A stretch of 64,000 bases of DNA from Selaginella moellendorffii (Eukaryota > Plantae > Lycopodiophyta): the NCBI RefSeq assembly GCF_000143415.4, contig NW_003314269.1, positions 3,382,813-3,446,812 on the forward strand, read 5' to 3'. This document shows, in pieces, positions 21,701 through 35,992 of this stretch. The position numbers were made by a program, and so were the translations under genes. A model generated the notes under the pieces. That model was not told the origin of the DNA. It ran no database searches and was given only the letters and a program-made list of their open reading frames with translations. Within the stretch, counting starts at the first letter, position 1; every line of letters starts with the position of its first letter.

Positions 21701-24700
21701 CCTTTCTCAACAACCACAGTAAAGCTCTTTCTTGGCAGGCCCAGAAGGCTCAAACTAAAGTGGTCTCCACACCACACTTTCCTCTTGAGCTCACAGAGGC
21801 TTTTCCTGAGTTGGCACTGGAGTTGACCATCTATAAGATGGATACTTTCTTATGCAATGCAATCAGCATTGTTGGAGCCACTCCAAACCAGGTCCACCTT
21901 TCACAGGATACAGCCGAACTCAATCTTCCTTAGCAACTATTTGAGGTGTCACACAGCCCGCATCTTCCTACTAAAATCGTGGTAGTTGACAACTCCGAAC
22001 GTATTTTGTCATGCCGTTTCTTGGAGATGGAAGATGACATCCAGACACACAATTGGCAAAAAGATTCAAGCCAATCAAACGTGCTGCATGCAAGTTATAG
22101 CTCTTTGAGTTCAGAATTTCCTACCATGGAGCCCCTAGTACTCCAACCACTAGAACGACAACTTCCTTTCAAAATTTACATCATAACAGGCACTAATGCT
22201 TTTGGACTATGCCTTTGCCATTGTTCACAGCCCAGCAAGCCACCACACGCAGCATACTATGCCTCATATTTGTTCAAGGAGACTGAGAAGAAGTACGTGA
22301 ATGCAGAAAAAGAAGCAATGGCTGTTGTCTACACCTTAGAGCGATTTTGCCACTTTCTCGTTAGAGCCCGTATCCATTTCCATGCCTATTTTAATGTGCT
22401 GACCTTTCTTTTACAGTGAATGGTTCATAGTCCTCATACTTTATCTTGGATTGTGACCATCCAAGAGTTCCAACCAACTTTTCACATGCGGTGGAAGCGT
22501 GTGATGGATTTGAGGCATTGGCACAAGCACTTGGTTACGGCGTTGTGGGCCTTTCAGATGTCCTTTAAGACATCCATCTCCGCAACCCCATTCTCCCTTG
22601 TCTATGGGATAGAGGCTGTGCTTCTAGTGGAGATCCAGATGCCATCGCTCTCACTTTCACTTTGATACGCAGCAACAATGCAACTTAGCAATGAGGACAA
22701 GCTTTATGCACGTGACTTGGAGGTTCTTGCCTTGGAAGAACAGCAATGATCCACAATTGAACATCTCCTTCAAAGCAAGCAAAAGATTAAGTTCGTCATT
22801 AATCAATAGCGGTCTGCTGAACCATTCGAGGATGGCAATCTTGTTCTACTCAAGGAGTTTATGCCACCTTCGAAGTTCTCCCCTCGCTGGACCAGCCCCT
22901 ACTTTATCCAGTGACACATCGGAGGTGGAGCATATGTGCTAATTGATGTTGATAGATATGAGCTCCCACATGCTCACAACCACTCTCATCTCAAATGTTT
23001 CATCTGGTGAGGTGTTCCTCTTCTCTTCTTTTTCTTTTTCTTTTTCTTCTTTTCTTTCACTTTACTTTCATGGCTCCTTTTCCTACTTTTAGAGGGTGTT
23101 TCTCCATTGGACCATGGCCCATGCCTTGGATTTCATGCTCAGGCTACATTGCCGTTTGTATGGAAGTTCCTTGCTTGGCTCGGTCTATGTTCCAGGTTCT
23201 TTGGCCCTTCCCTTACTGTTACTATACCCCGCACATTCCCTAGATGCAGGAGTAGGAGCGACAGCAGGTGGTTACCGGTTATAAGTTACAAGTCCCTAGT
23301 TATTGGTTACTAGTTACTAGTCACTGGTTACCGGCTACTCCAAGAGGTCAGCACCTACTTTATGAGCCAATGATTATAGATAGCCACCTTTTCAGAGTGC
23401 CACCACCATCTCGGCGCTCCACCATATCACTCCATCTTTTCATCATTTCTACACTTACCACCCTTGGGCAATGCATCCTCTTCTACCTCTCTTTCTTTCT
23501 TGATTTCAGCCAATCCTTGGAGCATACTGGAAGCCATCAAGAGGTTGCAATTGCATATTACACTTTCTTGAGCCAAAAGCTAAGTACGGGTTAAGTTCTT
23601 TGGGTACTCACACTTTTTTTCCTCTATTTTCCTCCTCTTTTCACATGTTTTTTGCATTTTTTCTTCAACTTCAGGGTCCAGTTTGACTACAGGGTATCCC
23701 ACCGGGTTTTCCTCCCTATCTCCAAACTTCATACCTACCTCTTTTCTTTCTTTTTTACTTTTTTTTCTAGAGTTTCTATTATTTCATGCAGCTACAAACA
23801 CTTGGTATTAGTAGTAGAGGTACACTCTACACTTTTCAGAGGGTTCTCGAGCGTCTAGAGCCAGCACGATCCACCATGGTCGCATGTCAAGGTGTGGCCA
23901 TTGAGAGAGCGAGAGAGAGAGAGGGAATATTCTGATTCTTAGAATATTCCCTATCTTCCTTGTATAAAACCCTTGCCTCACAAGGGCAAAGGGGGGCATT
24001 TTTGCGAAGAGTATTGAAGCATTTTTTGTGTTTGAGTGAGCATTGGGGGAGGTGCCCCTCCTTCCTCTAACACAGCAAGGGTGGCTAACTCCATTGGTCA
24101 TTTCTTTGTCGGTGACGGCCAAAAGGTGTCTGAGCTAGTAGCACATCTGTGTTAGACAAAGAGGTTGCCTCCTAACTCATTTAAGTTGATGCATTTCTCA
24201 CATAGTGTGATCACCATAAACTTTTTCTGGAGTTATTTCTTTAGCAGTGGTCTAGACTTGAGTATGCATTGATGAGAACGTCAATTTTCCCTAGGGGGGA
24301 GAGTGTTACGAATGTGATTTCAGGTATTGAAAGTTACTTGTTGGCCAGTCCATACAGACACTCTTTCCTTACTGCCACAATGGCAGAAGTCGGTATTGTT
24401 AAACCCTTTATTAGCCCCATTTGTTCAAGTGTTAGTAAACTGGATTTTGCATCTATACTTGGCCGAATGAGCATAAGGACAGAATTCCTAAGTGTCTATT
24501 TTGCCAAGCATACTTGGCCCGGCTTTTTAATTCTCTTTTGCTCTGTCTTGCACTAGCTTGACAAGAACCCTCAATATCACTGGATGATAGCTTACCGTGT
24601 CTACCAAACACCCTCGCTATCATGCTTTTTGTGTTAGTCTCATTGTGGTCCCAAATGCTATTTATAGAAAGTATCTAGATTCATATCTATGGAATGTAAA

Positions 24701-25250
24701 GATTGTCTTGAACACAATGGTGTTCGTCCCATATCCAAATTTGCAATCTAAGGACATTCCATATTTAGTAAGTTTTGAGCTTGTCCTAGAGACTAACTCT
24801 TAATACTAAGGGAGGCTTGGGGTAAAAGCCCAAAGCATGTGTTCCAAATGTATAATAAGGATAGTGGGTAGATTGAGCATGGCCAATCAACCTAAGGCAT
24901 AATTTAGCTCCCACTTGCATGCCTATCCTTGTTTTGCGTCCGGCTTGGGTCTAAGCCTAAGTTCCATTCTATGCTAGCTATTGGAGTACCCATATCCTTG
25001 CGTTAGGCCGCCGGTATACCAAAATAGCGCCGACTCCGTTTGGCTCCATTTTACATGTTGGTCTTAATATTGGGATGCTGGTTGCTCTAAGACTGTTTTA
25101 AGCTGCTCTGGGCTCCTATCCCTTTGCCCCTTGGGGTATATGCTTGAGAGTTACTCCATGGCCCTTTATTCAATCCATGAAGAGAAACCTAACCCTTCAT
25201 GTGCCACGTGTTATATGCCATATGTCACATGCCATGTGTCCATCAAAACC
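18708..25250 (+). mobile_element. Degenerate, internally deleted Ty3/gypsy LTR retrotransposon
   Basis: Protease KMDAFVDSGSRSNII (~21365), RNase H YYASYLFKETEKKYVNAEKEAMAVV (~22260), integrase C-terminus TPFSLVYGIEAV (~22590). PPT AGGGGGGAGAG followed by TG at 24304 (3' LTR start). Many stops; boundaries approximate. Confidence 0.75.
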
Positions 25251-25623
25251 AACATTAACCTTAAGTATCCCATGACTTTTAATTAATTAGAAAAGGGGGT
25301 GCACTATATCATCTCTCATATAATTCCATTTAATTGCTTACAATTTACTATACTTCCTTACAAATTTACACCTTTATAAACAAAAGTTAAAAGCTATAGT
25401 TCTTCTAGAGCTTTGCTTTCTTGACACCCTATCCCTTTGGAATTTAAACTTCCCAAAAGGTCATCTAGCCTAGTATTATTCAAACTCAAGGATGTTTAAC
25501 TTCAAATATCCCAAAACCTTTAATCGGTTGGAAAATAAGGTGCACTCTTGTTTATAAGATTTTTCCCTTTCTATTTAAACCTTTATAAATTGTCTTTTAA
25601 GTTGTTCTTATTAGTTGTTTACA
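25250..25623 (-). mobile_element. Decayed Cassandra TRIM relic
   Basis: The reverse complement gives TGTAAACAAC...GAGTGCACC...TACTAGGCTAGATGACCTTTTGGGAAG, then the internal GGGTGTCAAGA segment and a partial second LTR, matching 1696-2292. Confidence 0.7.
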
Positions 25624-27680
25624 ACATAGTTTAGTGTGTGGATTCCCACATAAGAACTTTAATTTGACATGAGGATTGAGAAGGAATTGCACCAAGTGCT
25701 ATAAATGCCGCCATCAACTAAGTTTGATACTATATAGCACACAATTTATTACTATTAAGTCAAAGGATGAGGGGGCTACTCCTTTGCTATAAAAATGAAC
25801 AAAAATAAGAAAAAAAAATAGAAGAAATGGAAAAAACAACAAAAATAATAGAAATACAAAAACTGGATTTAAACCAAAACACAAATGGAATGCAAAAATA
25901 TACATATTCTAGCTTATATATAGGAGGTAGTGACAATATTGGGAAAAACTTGAAGCTGAGCTAATTGAAAATATAAGAAGAGCTCTTTTGTTTTTAGGTG
26001 TGCTTTTATACTTCAATATTTATTCCTCATATCTCAAGTTTTGTAAGATGGTCACATACAGGGAGCAATCTATTCCACCACTTTAACTTCCATTAAATGG
26101 TCTCCTCATGAAAGTGGTATGATAGTGGCAACTTTAATTGATGGTATATGAATTTATATAGTTATCTTTAAGTTTTAGCTCATTGTTATGAATAGTGCAA
26201 TAGGTGGGATTTTTTGGTGAGTTAGAACAATAATTCTTAACATATCTTAGAAGTTCAAATGTTACTCTTTAGTTTCTAGGCTTAACTTTTTCATCCCCCT
26301 TTTAACACGTATGGATCTCACAAAAAATGTATGGTCACCTTCAGATCTTGGGAACAATAGAGGATAAATAAGGATAGAATAGCTAACTTTCTGATCAAAC
26401 AATTAAGTGAGAGAAATAATGTGTGCAATAAATTTAAAGCTAAATTTTCCTATGATGGTGCTTAGTAAAATGTATATGTATCTTTTACACCACATTTAGT
26501 TTGTACTACTCTTAAGAGGTCCATGTTTGGTTTGGATTTGAGGAAGATGCATAGGTGGATGTGAAGACATCAACACTCTGTGCCATCTGATGCTATGGAG
26601 TGCATGGTAGTTCCTCTGGGAGATCTCATCTTATGCTTCAAAGCTCTTTGTTCTCTTTTTAGCTTTTTCATGCTCATTGCCAGGAGGGAAACGAGCAGGC
26701 CTTATACTACAATGGTACAGTCTTTAGATGAAGGCATGACTTAAGAGGTGCTCTTAAGTAGCTGTTTGTTTCATCCAAATTTAAGATGTCAAGAGCCTCA
26801 TACAAGAACTTTCTTTTGACAATGCCTAAAGCAACAATGTATCTTCAAAACTTGTGTTATACACCTTCAAGTCTTTTTTAGTCATGAGATGGAAGAATTT
26901 GCTCTCAACTAGAGTCTAGCTAGCTTGCATTTGGTCTTAAAAGCTTTTTATTTCTGTCTTAAAAGCTTTTTTCTTTTTTTTTTTTTGTCTTCAACTGATA
27001 ACAATGGAGTGATCCATGTCTGCGATGTGCTGTAGGCTCCATTTGGCTTTCTTTTCAGATGACCATTTCGCAGCTTGTGTACATCGAGATCATCATCTAT
27101 TTGATCAGACATGAGAGTTGATGTTTTTCTAGATAATTGTGCAGGCTAGAGAAGAACTTATGTGGTCTCTAGAGAAAGAGTTTTTGTTACAAGGTAAGCT
27201 TTTTTTTACTGTTGACAAAATGCAAGGTTTTCATAAATTAATTTTTTTTTACTTATTTAGTTCATTTTTTCTGGAAATAAAAACTAAACGTCTCTACTTA
27301 AATCTCAAATTGAGAACTCAATTTTATTGTTATAAAGCCCTGCATTCTCGAGCTATGGATTAATAAACTTTAGTATGGTCCCATGTTGATATCTATCTGT
27401 CTTCCACTTCTGTCTTTATTATTCCCTTGGATTGCAATTATTAAGAAAGGAACTATTTCATAGACTCTTGTCCCAGAAACCCAATCTGTCCTACATATAT
27501 GACTAGAGGATTCTGACCATCTCTGGAGCTGCTGCAAGATTTCCGCCGCGAGCCGATTTTGGCTGCTGCAAATGCATCGTAGAGAAAAAAACATTACTTT
27601 TTGCAACTCGCGCTTCCATGAGGCGTCAGTACCCTCGCAACGCTGGACTTCATCCTACTTTTGTCTTTGTTGAAGTAGTT

Positions 27681-29718
27681 TCAAATATGAAATCCCCCGC
27701 CAAATGCCCAGGCAATCTGGCTGAGAGGGATCACCTCCTCAGGGAAATCGCTGCGGTGCCCCACAGTGGATCGATACGCCACCACCTGTGATGGTGTAGT
27801 GTCGCTACTGGGTACGATGTACTCTACCACCCAGTCACCCATCTGGAGGAGATCATAGGGATTGGACTCGCGGTACTTTTGGATCCACAAGAAGCGCAGC
27901 GACGCGAGGAGGCGGACGCTGACCGCAATCCCGCCCTCAGTGAAGGGGCAATCGCGGAGCTCCAGCTTCTGCAAGCTCCGGCAGCCGGAAGCGAGATCAA
28001 TGAGGCCCCGATCGGAGGTCCCCACGCAGCCCAGCAGCAGCCACGTCAAGTGCTCGCCGAGGCTTCCAATTGCGGCCAGGCCAGCGTCGGTGAGGCCGCC
28101 ATTGCGGAGATAGATGGCGAGGCGGGTGATCTTGCGGCAGCCTTGGAGCAGTGCCCGGACGCCGGAGTCAAGCGGCAGCTCCGTGACGGGCAAGGTGGAT
28201 TCCAGGAGGACGATTCGGAAGTCGAGCATGTGTGGGCAGTGCGTGCCGAAAGCTCGGAGGGCCGAGTTTGCGATGTCGGAGACGTAAATGGCTACGTGTT
28301 GGAGGTTGACGCAGCGCGAGGCGAGGGTAATGAGGCCCTTGTAAGAGCAGAAGCCGTACGCGTCCTCGAGATTCTCAATGCGGATGCGGCGGAGCTTTGG
28401 GCAGAGGCTGGCGAGCGTGGCGACGCCGGCATCGCCGATTATGTTCCGGACCTGGTCCACGGTGAACAAACACATCAAGCTCTGAGAAGATTGACTACGA
28501 ACTTTTGGGAAACAACTTTGAGAAAATAGAGGAGTTCAAGAACTAAGAACACATTCCCGGTAAAGAGAAACTTTTTTACGACAGGGACTGGGGAAAACTT
28601 TGGAAAGTTCAAGAACCACGAACACAGGATAAGGAGATAAAAACCAAAGCTCGGGGAGCCCAGTCAAACGTACTTAAAAGAAAAACACAAAAATAAAGTA
28701 CTTTTTTACGACAAGGAGAGGATTTTCTACCTTCAAGACTTCGAGATTTGGACAGCACTGGATCACTTGCATATGCTCCTCGGCGGTGAGAGTGGTGGAC
28801 ATGAGATCCAGCTCGCGAAAATTTGAGCACACGAGTGGATCCAGCGGGAACAAGAGGTCACCGGCGAAAGAAGTGAGGGTCTTGGGCAAGTTGACACTGA
28901 TGTTGTTGCGAGCGAAGATCACGGCCAGTTCCTTGAGCGACTTGGCCGCGATGAAGATGTCCGCCGGGAGGTCCACCACGCCCCTACTGATCTCGCCAAG
29001 TTTCAGGGATGTCAGCGACTTACAGTTCGCGATAATGTGCGCCAGGTCGGAGAGATTCGAAAGATCCAAGCCAGTGAGGAAGAAGTTGAGGACTTCCAGG
29101 GCGCTGTTGCTCACTGCCAGCTCGTGGAGCCACTGGCTTCCATCGTCCTCGATCACGCTCTCTTCCAGATAAAGAACTCGCAGGGATCTAGTGATAAAGG
29201 TAAAATAAAGAACACCGACAAGATAAGAGAAGAACTTACTTGCACTCTCGAGCCACGGCTTCCAATCCCGCGGTGGAGAACCCGGAGCACTTGTCCAGCC
29301 TGAGAACTTGGAGCGAGGAGCCGAAGCCCCGAGCGAGCAATCTCAAGGCCGTGTCCGAGACTTCCATGCGTCGAAAGTGGAGAGACGTTAGAGAGGCGAA
29401 TGCTGTAGCGCTGCTGGGATGCCTTTGGCTGACGAGCTCTTGGATCCACGGCTCGCAGTAGGCACCCCAGTCCTTGACAACCATCCCAAACTCGGACACT
29501 CGAGGCTTGCCTTTGATTTTGAGAGCCTGGATGTTGCGGAACCTTCGGCTCAAGTTGGATGGCTCGATGGCGTAGGAGAAGCCAACAGTGATGCTCTTGC
29601 GAGTCCTGGCGTCTGCAAGGTACCAGCGCTTGCAAACCTCGGAGAGCGCTCGCCGGTCCATGGGGTGATCGATGAACGAGAAGATGGAGTCGAGGAGCTC
29701 GTCGGACATCCATTCCAT
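27681..29718 (-). CDS. COI1: COI1-like F-box/LRR jasmonate receptor paralog (~568 aa, 3 exons)
   Basis: Exons 29718-29240, 29187-28731, 28451-27681. Motifs SEVCKRW...TRKSIT, KIKGKPR, WLHELA, AIYVSDI, DFRIVLL, LPLDSGVRALLQGC, YLRNGGLTD, LQKLELR. Confidence 0.9.
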
Positions 29719-30013
29719 AGGACTCGGATTCGCAGAATGAAATCGCGAGTGAGGGAGCGAGTGATTAATCTAAGAGCGCAGTACCTATCTAGAACTGGAA
29801 AGAAGGACAGGCAAGAAAGAGAAACAAAGATGTTCTAGTACCGTAAAGGTAACAGCTTCGAGTTCTTGCGAGATAAAGGCCATTTTCTTTTCTCCTTTTC
29901 TGTGGACCATTCGCTTCTTATTAGAGCTTAAACTTGGATCCAGACAACAAAAAGAGGACAAAAATCGAATCTTTTCTCTATGGAGATTAGGGCTTTCGTA
30001 GTAGGGCATTTGG

Positions 30014-33000
30014 ATGAAGAAGAAGCGCGGGAGGAGTGGCGATGGCGCTGGGGCCGGCGCCGACAGCAACGCCATCGAAATGCCTGCAAAGCGCAAGAAA
30101 AACAAGGAATCTGTGCTGCCGGTATGGGATCTCGATATCGTGGAGCTATCTAATGGTTTTAATGGTGGGATTTCTTAGAGCAAGCCTGACGCGGGGAGGA
30201 TCAGCAAGAGCATGCAGCGGAAGCTCAAGAAGCTCCAGGTTTGCATGGAAGAAATTCTAGTTTTTGGCATCTCTTCACGAAGTTTGTGCTCCCTAGGAAG
30301 AGAAGGAGAAGAGAGAACTGCGAGAACAGGCATTCGAGACGTTGGAGTAAGTTATACCTTTACATTGACAATTTCTCGTAGCTTGATGGCTTTCGTTTTC
30401 TAGGAAGTACAAGCTCTCGGATAATGTCCAAGCACTTATGTCCTCGTCGAGTGCGCTAGGCAAGGTTTACCTGTTTTGTTCTTGCTTTTCATTTTTTCTC
30501 AGCGCTATGACGTTCAATAGGCGGAGACAATGCGGGAGAAGCTTCGACGGGGAATGCAGCTGAGGGCCGCTGGATTGGACGTTCCTCCCGAGATTCCTCT
30601 GTTTCGAGAGAGGATTGTTTCCAAGGACGATTCAGTGGTTGAGCCGGGGCCGTCCGTCACAGCAAAAACGGAGAAAGTCCACAATAAGACCAAAAGAACC
30701 GACTTTTGCCAGTCCGTAATCCAGGACGGAGGAAATAGCCAAGCCATCAAGGAAAGTTGTGCCAACGCTGAAGGGACTGATATTTCCTTGTCACTCGCTG
30801 CAGTGGCATCAGCAGCTGCGAGCAACACGCGAAAATTTGTTGTCAACGTCTGGAGATCCGAAGAGGTGGACAAGAGTAGACGTGAATTGCCCATTATCAT
30901 GATGGAGCAAGAGGTTATGGAGGCAGTGCAGGAGAACGACGTTGTGATTATTTGTGGAGAGACTGGGTGCGGTAAAACAACTCAAGTACCTCAGGTATTT
31001 CACTATCTCTAGTTTTTTGTGTGAGTGGAGATTAATTGTGTTTCGTGTGTCAGTTTTTGTACGAAGCTGGTTATGGCTCTCCATTGTACAAGGATCGCTG
31101 TGGCATCATCGGGATCACACAGCCCAGGCGAATTGCGGTCCTGACAACAGCGAAGCGCGTGGCACACGAGCTCAACCTCCAACTAGGCAAAGAAGTTGGA
31201 TTTCAAGTTAGGCATGACAGGAAAATTGGAGAGAAAAGCTCTATCAAGTTTATGACGGATGGTATTCTTCTCAGAGAAATCCAGGTAAAGCATGGCTTTT
31301 ACGAAGCGACTCAAACATCTTTTAGTCAGATTTTTTGTTGACAAAGTACTCCGTGATTGTGCTGGACGAAGCACACGAAAGAAGTGTCAACACCGACATT
31401 CTCGTTGGAATGCTATCTAGAGTTCTACCTCTGCGAAATGTAAGTTTCTATATTCCCTAGATGCTGATTCTATTAATCTTCTAAAAATTTCTAGAGGCTG
31501 TATTTTCAAAACAAAAGGTCCGAGGCCGTCACCCCTCTGAAACTGATCATAATGAGTGCAACTCTTCGGGTTGAGGACTTCACGGCAAACCAAAAGATGT
31601 TTCCTCTTCCACCGCCGGTGATTCACGTAACAGCGAGACAGTTCCCCGTCACGGTTCATTCCAGTAGGAAGACGGAGCTTCAGGATTACGAAAGTGCAGC
31701 ATATCGGAAAGTCTGTGCCATCCACAGGAAGCTCCCGCCGGGCGGGATATTAGTTTTTGTCACTGGCCGGCGTGAAGTGGAAGCTCTGTGCAAGAGGCTG
31801 AGACTGTCGTTTACACCTTCAAGCAAGCTAGAGTCTTCAGATGGGAAGCCAGTTGCTAAACGAGAGGATTCAGCGCTTTTGTCAGGGACTGAATGTGGAG
31901 CTTTGGACATGAGATCAGTGGCAGACGCTGTTGATGAAGAGGATGATGATTCTTCGGACTGGGAAGAAGATGTTGACGGATTTACAGGCGAAAATGATAG
32001 CAGCAGCAGTGGCGTGTCAGACGTCGAAGACACAGATAAAACGCCAGGTAATGAAACCAGCAACATGGATCACGTCAGAAAACCGGGTCCAGCGCTCGTC
32101 CTTCCGCTTTATGCTATGCTTCCAGCTGCGGCACAGCTACGAGTTTTTGCTGCCGTTCCAGAAGGGAAAAGGCTCATTGTTGTCGCCACAAATGTAGCCG
32201 AGACATCTATCACCATACCTGGCATACGTTACGTGGTCGACTGTGGTCGTGCAAAAGAGAGGAAGTTCGATGGCTCCAGCGGAGTGTCCAGGTTTGAAGT
32301 CGGCTGGATCAGCAAGGCGTCAGCGGACCAACGTGCTGGAAGAGCTGGTCGAACTGGTCCGGGACATTGTTATCAGCTCTATTCTAAGACGCACTACCAC
32401 CACAACTTTCCGGACTTCGCTCCTCCAGAGATCAGTTTGGTTCCAATCGAGGGGGTAGTACTTGTGTTGAAGTGCATGGGCATCGACAAGGTATCATTTT
32501 CTTCATTTTGCTGTTCCTCTCACTGAGGTTCTCGTTGTGTTCCAGGTAATGAACTTTCCTTTCCCCACGCCACCTGAGAAGGAAGCATTGTTAGAGGCAG
32601 AAAAATGTCTGACAGCATTATCAGCTCTGGATCGAACGACGGGTTTGCCGACATCAATCGGGAAAGCAATGGCTCTATATCCCATCAATCCTCGGCATGC
32701 ACGGATGGTGATAGCGGCGCTACAGTCTGCCCGCGTTATGGGTGGCAAGTCCAGAAAGTCGGTGATAGCCGCTTGTGCAGTGGCAATCGCAGCTGCGCTA
32801 AGCGTGGAGAATCCGTTTTTCAGTCTCGAAGAGTCATTCAAAGACGAGAAAGATGTTGCTGCTACAACGCCGAGCGGAGAAGCCATGAAAGCAACAAAGA
32901 AACCCGAGCGTCACCGATTTAAAAACACCTCGAGCGACGCATTGACGATCATGAACGCGCTCCGGGCCTACGAAGAATCAAGCAACCAGGCCGAGTTTTG

Positions 33001-33952
33001 CACGGCCAGCCATCTCAATCAGAAGATCATGAAGGAGATGTCCAAGCTGAGGGGCCAGCTTTCGAGACTAGTTCGTCAACAGCTACTCGAGGATCTTTTG
33101 ATTGGCTCCGGCCTGGAAGAAGGCTGGAAGCAGCTAAGCCGGAAGAAACTCAGCGCCAACGAAGAGAAGGCGCTCATCTGTGCACTCTGCGCGGGGTGGC
33201 CGGACAGAGTTGCGAGAAGAGTAACTCGTCGCGACAGGCTCGACACGGCCAAGTCACGCAAGAGAGGAATTCGTTACCAGGCCTCGTCGCTCCACGGACA
33301 AGAGGATGGAGGAGACGAAGAGGGAGAGGGACGCAGCATCGTCTACCTCGGCCCGTCCTCCTCAACGTTTAGCTTCGCGTCGGACTTCGTCGTCTACAAG
33401 GAGATCGTGGAGACTTCCAGGCCTTACATGGCGTGCGTCTCGTCCATCGACGCACACGCTCTGGTGACCGAGGCAAGCTTCTTCTGCTCCTTCTCCAAGC
33501 CGCTCGACGATCCTCCGCCGTGGTATGACCGAGAAGCCGACCAAGTCAAGTGCTGGGTGTCCGTGACTTTCGGCCCCCACAACTGGCAGCTACCATTGCA
33601 CGCCATGGAACTCCCGGCGGGGAGGAAGACGGTGGCGGTGTTTGCGTCGGCGTTGCTGGAGGGCCGAGTGCTGGCGAGCTTGGCTCCTCTGCGACCATAT
33701 CTCGCTGCCGATCCGGCGATGCTGCTCAAGCCGGAGGCGATGGCGCACAAGAGGGTGGCGGAGCTGGTTTACAAGCTGGAGGAAGGATGGAAAACGGTGG
33801 TGGATAGCAGGAGAAAGCTTGCCGAGGCCTGGGACGATGGGGAGTTTTTGGTGGAAGAGATCGCGGCGTGGATCCAACGCAAGCACCAAGGGCTGCTCAG
33901 GACGCTCCGAGAGGCTGTCAAGTCCGAGCTAGATCTTCGAGGGACAGTTTAA
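30014..33952 (+). CDS. DEAH-box RNA helicase, DHX37/Dhr1-like (multi-exon)
   Basis: [74 protein letters not shown]. Start codon approximate. Confidence 0.9.
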
Positions 33953-34284
33953 GCTTAACTTATAAACAAACTAAAACGTTTAGCATAAAGTTAACATTAA
34001 ATCATTGGATATGCTGTAAGAGATTCGAGCCCACTGTCCACTTATTTTTAGGGCAATTCTTCCCAAAGTGATGAAACAAAAAATGCAGCCAACCGTGCAT
34101 TGTGTCCGTTAAGGGTTTTCCCCAGCCCCCGAGTTCTAGGGTTTCTTCGGGCGAGGGCGATCGATCGCGGCCGCGACGCATTCCAGGTTTGATTTGCATT
34201 CCTTCTCTGTCGCTGCTGATCCCGAGAGAGCATGGGAATCAGTTGCGCGGCGGCCTGACAAGACGAGCGCCGGCGGCGGCTTGA

Positions 34285-35893
34285 ATGAACCCGGCATGGG
34301 TTCAGAACCGCTCGCCTATTTCTCATCATCTCACTCCCTCTCAGCTGTGCGCGAAAAATTCCTGGGCTCCACTCATGACTCACACCCGCGCAGCACTGTG
34401 CAAGGCGTTGTCGTCCATGACGATTAGTTCCGGCAAGAGGAGCTTGCAAGAACAAGTTGTAGCTCCTGGATCGAGGTGCGATGATTTCTTTCTGTTATGG
34501 GAAGATTAAAGTTTTGTTCTTTTCATCGTTGTTTGGTACAGGTCTACTGCCACTGCCGCTTCTCAAATGGATAGTAGCGAAACAAAGCTGGGAGCTACTG
34601 TTGCTTCGCGAGTCCCACAGATTGTCATTGGGAACCCCGAAGAGCTGGAGAGGAAAAAGCGTGCTATTAAAGCTGCTGGATTGTCTTCCTTGCAGGTATG
34701 ACTTGTAGAACATTATTATTCTATAAATTATTTCCTTGTCTACCAGGTCATTGCAGACTTCGACATGACCTTGACAAAATACATGGTCAATGGTACAAGA
34801 GGCCAAAGTAAGTTTTTTTTTTTTCCCCTTACTTTCAACCCCTTTTGCTCAGTTTTTTATTTACAAAATAAAAACAGGTACTCACGCGCTCTTGAACCAA
34901 GGAAACGCTGAATATGATTTAAAGCGTCAGCAGCTATTCGATCACTATTATCCTCTCGAGACATGTCCAACAATTCCTGTTGAACAGAAGACCAAACTTA
35001 TGGAAGAGTGGTAAGTACTTGGGACGCAGTAGTATTGTTTATCTGATAGATATTCCCGTCTCAGGTGGGGAAAGACGCATAACCTTCTTGTAGAAGGCGG
35101 TCTTACCTTCAAAGCTATTCAAACCTCGGTGGCTAATGCTGTTATTGGTTTCCGGAGCGGCGTTGTCGAACTTCTTGAGATTTTAGAGGTAAAGTCTTTG
35201 TATAGTTTTGCTGCCTCTTACGTTAGATACCTTAGGCCAAGAGCGTCCCCGTTTTGATATTTTCTGCTGGTTTAGCTGATATCATCGAAGAGGTTATGCG
35301 CCAAAAGCTTCATCGTTCTTTCAAAAACATCCGTGTCGTATCAAATCGCATGGACTTTGATGGTGATGGCAATCTCCTGGGTTTCAAAGGTAGCGAGCTA
35401 GCTATCTACATTCGTACTGAAGTGCTTTGCGATCAACAGGGAAGCTGATACACGTTCTGAACAAGAACGAGCATTCCCTAGAGATGGCTGCTCCACTACA
35501 TGACGATCATGGCCACGAAGTCGTCAACAATGCCAAGAACGGGTACTCTCTTGTGCGAGACCGCAGGAACGTGATACTTCTGGGCGATCACATTGGAGAC
35601 CTCGGAATGTCGGATGGAGTTGACTATGACAACCGTATTACCATAGGATTCCTGTAAGTATTTCATCTATCTCACGGTGAAGGACGAAAACGTTTTCGTT
35701 CTTTTGCAGCAACGAGAACATAAACAGTTGGCTAAGCACCTACACAACCGCGTTTGATATCGTTGTTCTGGTAAGAACACTCTCTCTAAGTCTACGCAAA
35801 ACTTCGTGTTCTTCTGCTAACTCTTTTGGCGCCCCGCAGAACGACGGAGCGATGACGAGCGTCCTAGATCTCATTCAAGAACTGTCCCGGTAG
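34285..35893 (+). CDS. Pyrimidine/cytosolic 5'-nucleotidase III-like HAD protein (multi-exon)
   Basis: VIADFDMTLTKY, KLMEEWWGKTH, IFSAGLADIIEE, VVSNRM, ILLGDHIGDLGMSDG, TIGFL. Start uncertain. Confidence 0.85.
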
Positions 35894-35992
35894 CCGACGT
35901 TACAGCGTCACAACCGGTTGAAGCATCCGTCGTAAAACTTCCCAGAATCCAGGTAGCTAAGCAAACCCTGAATAAATCTTTCTCTCTCCCTC

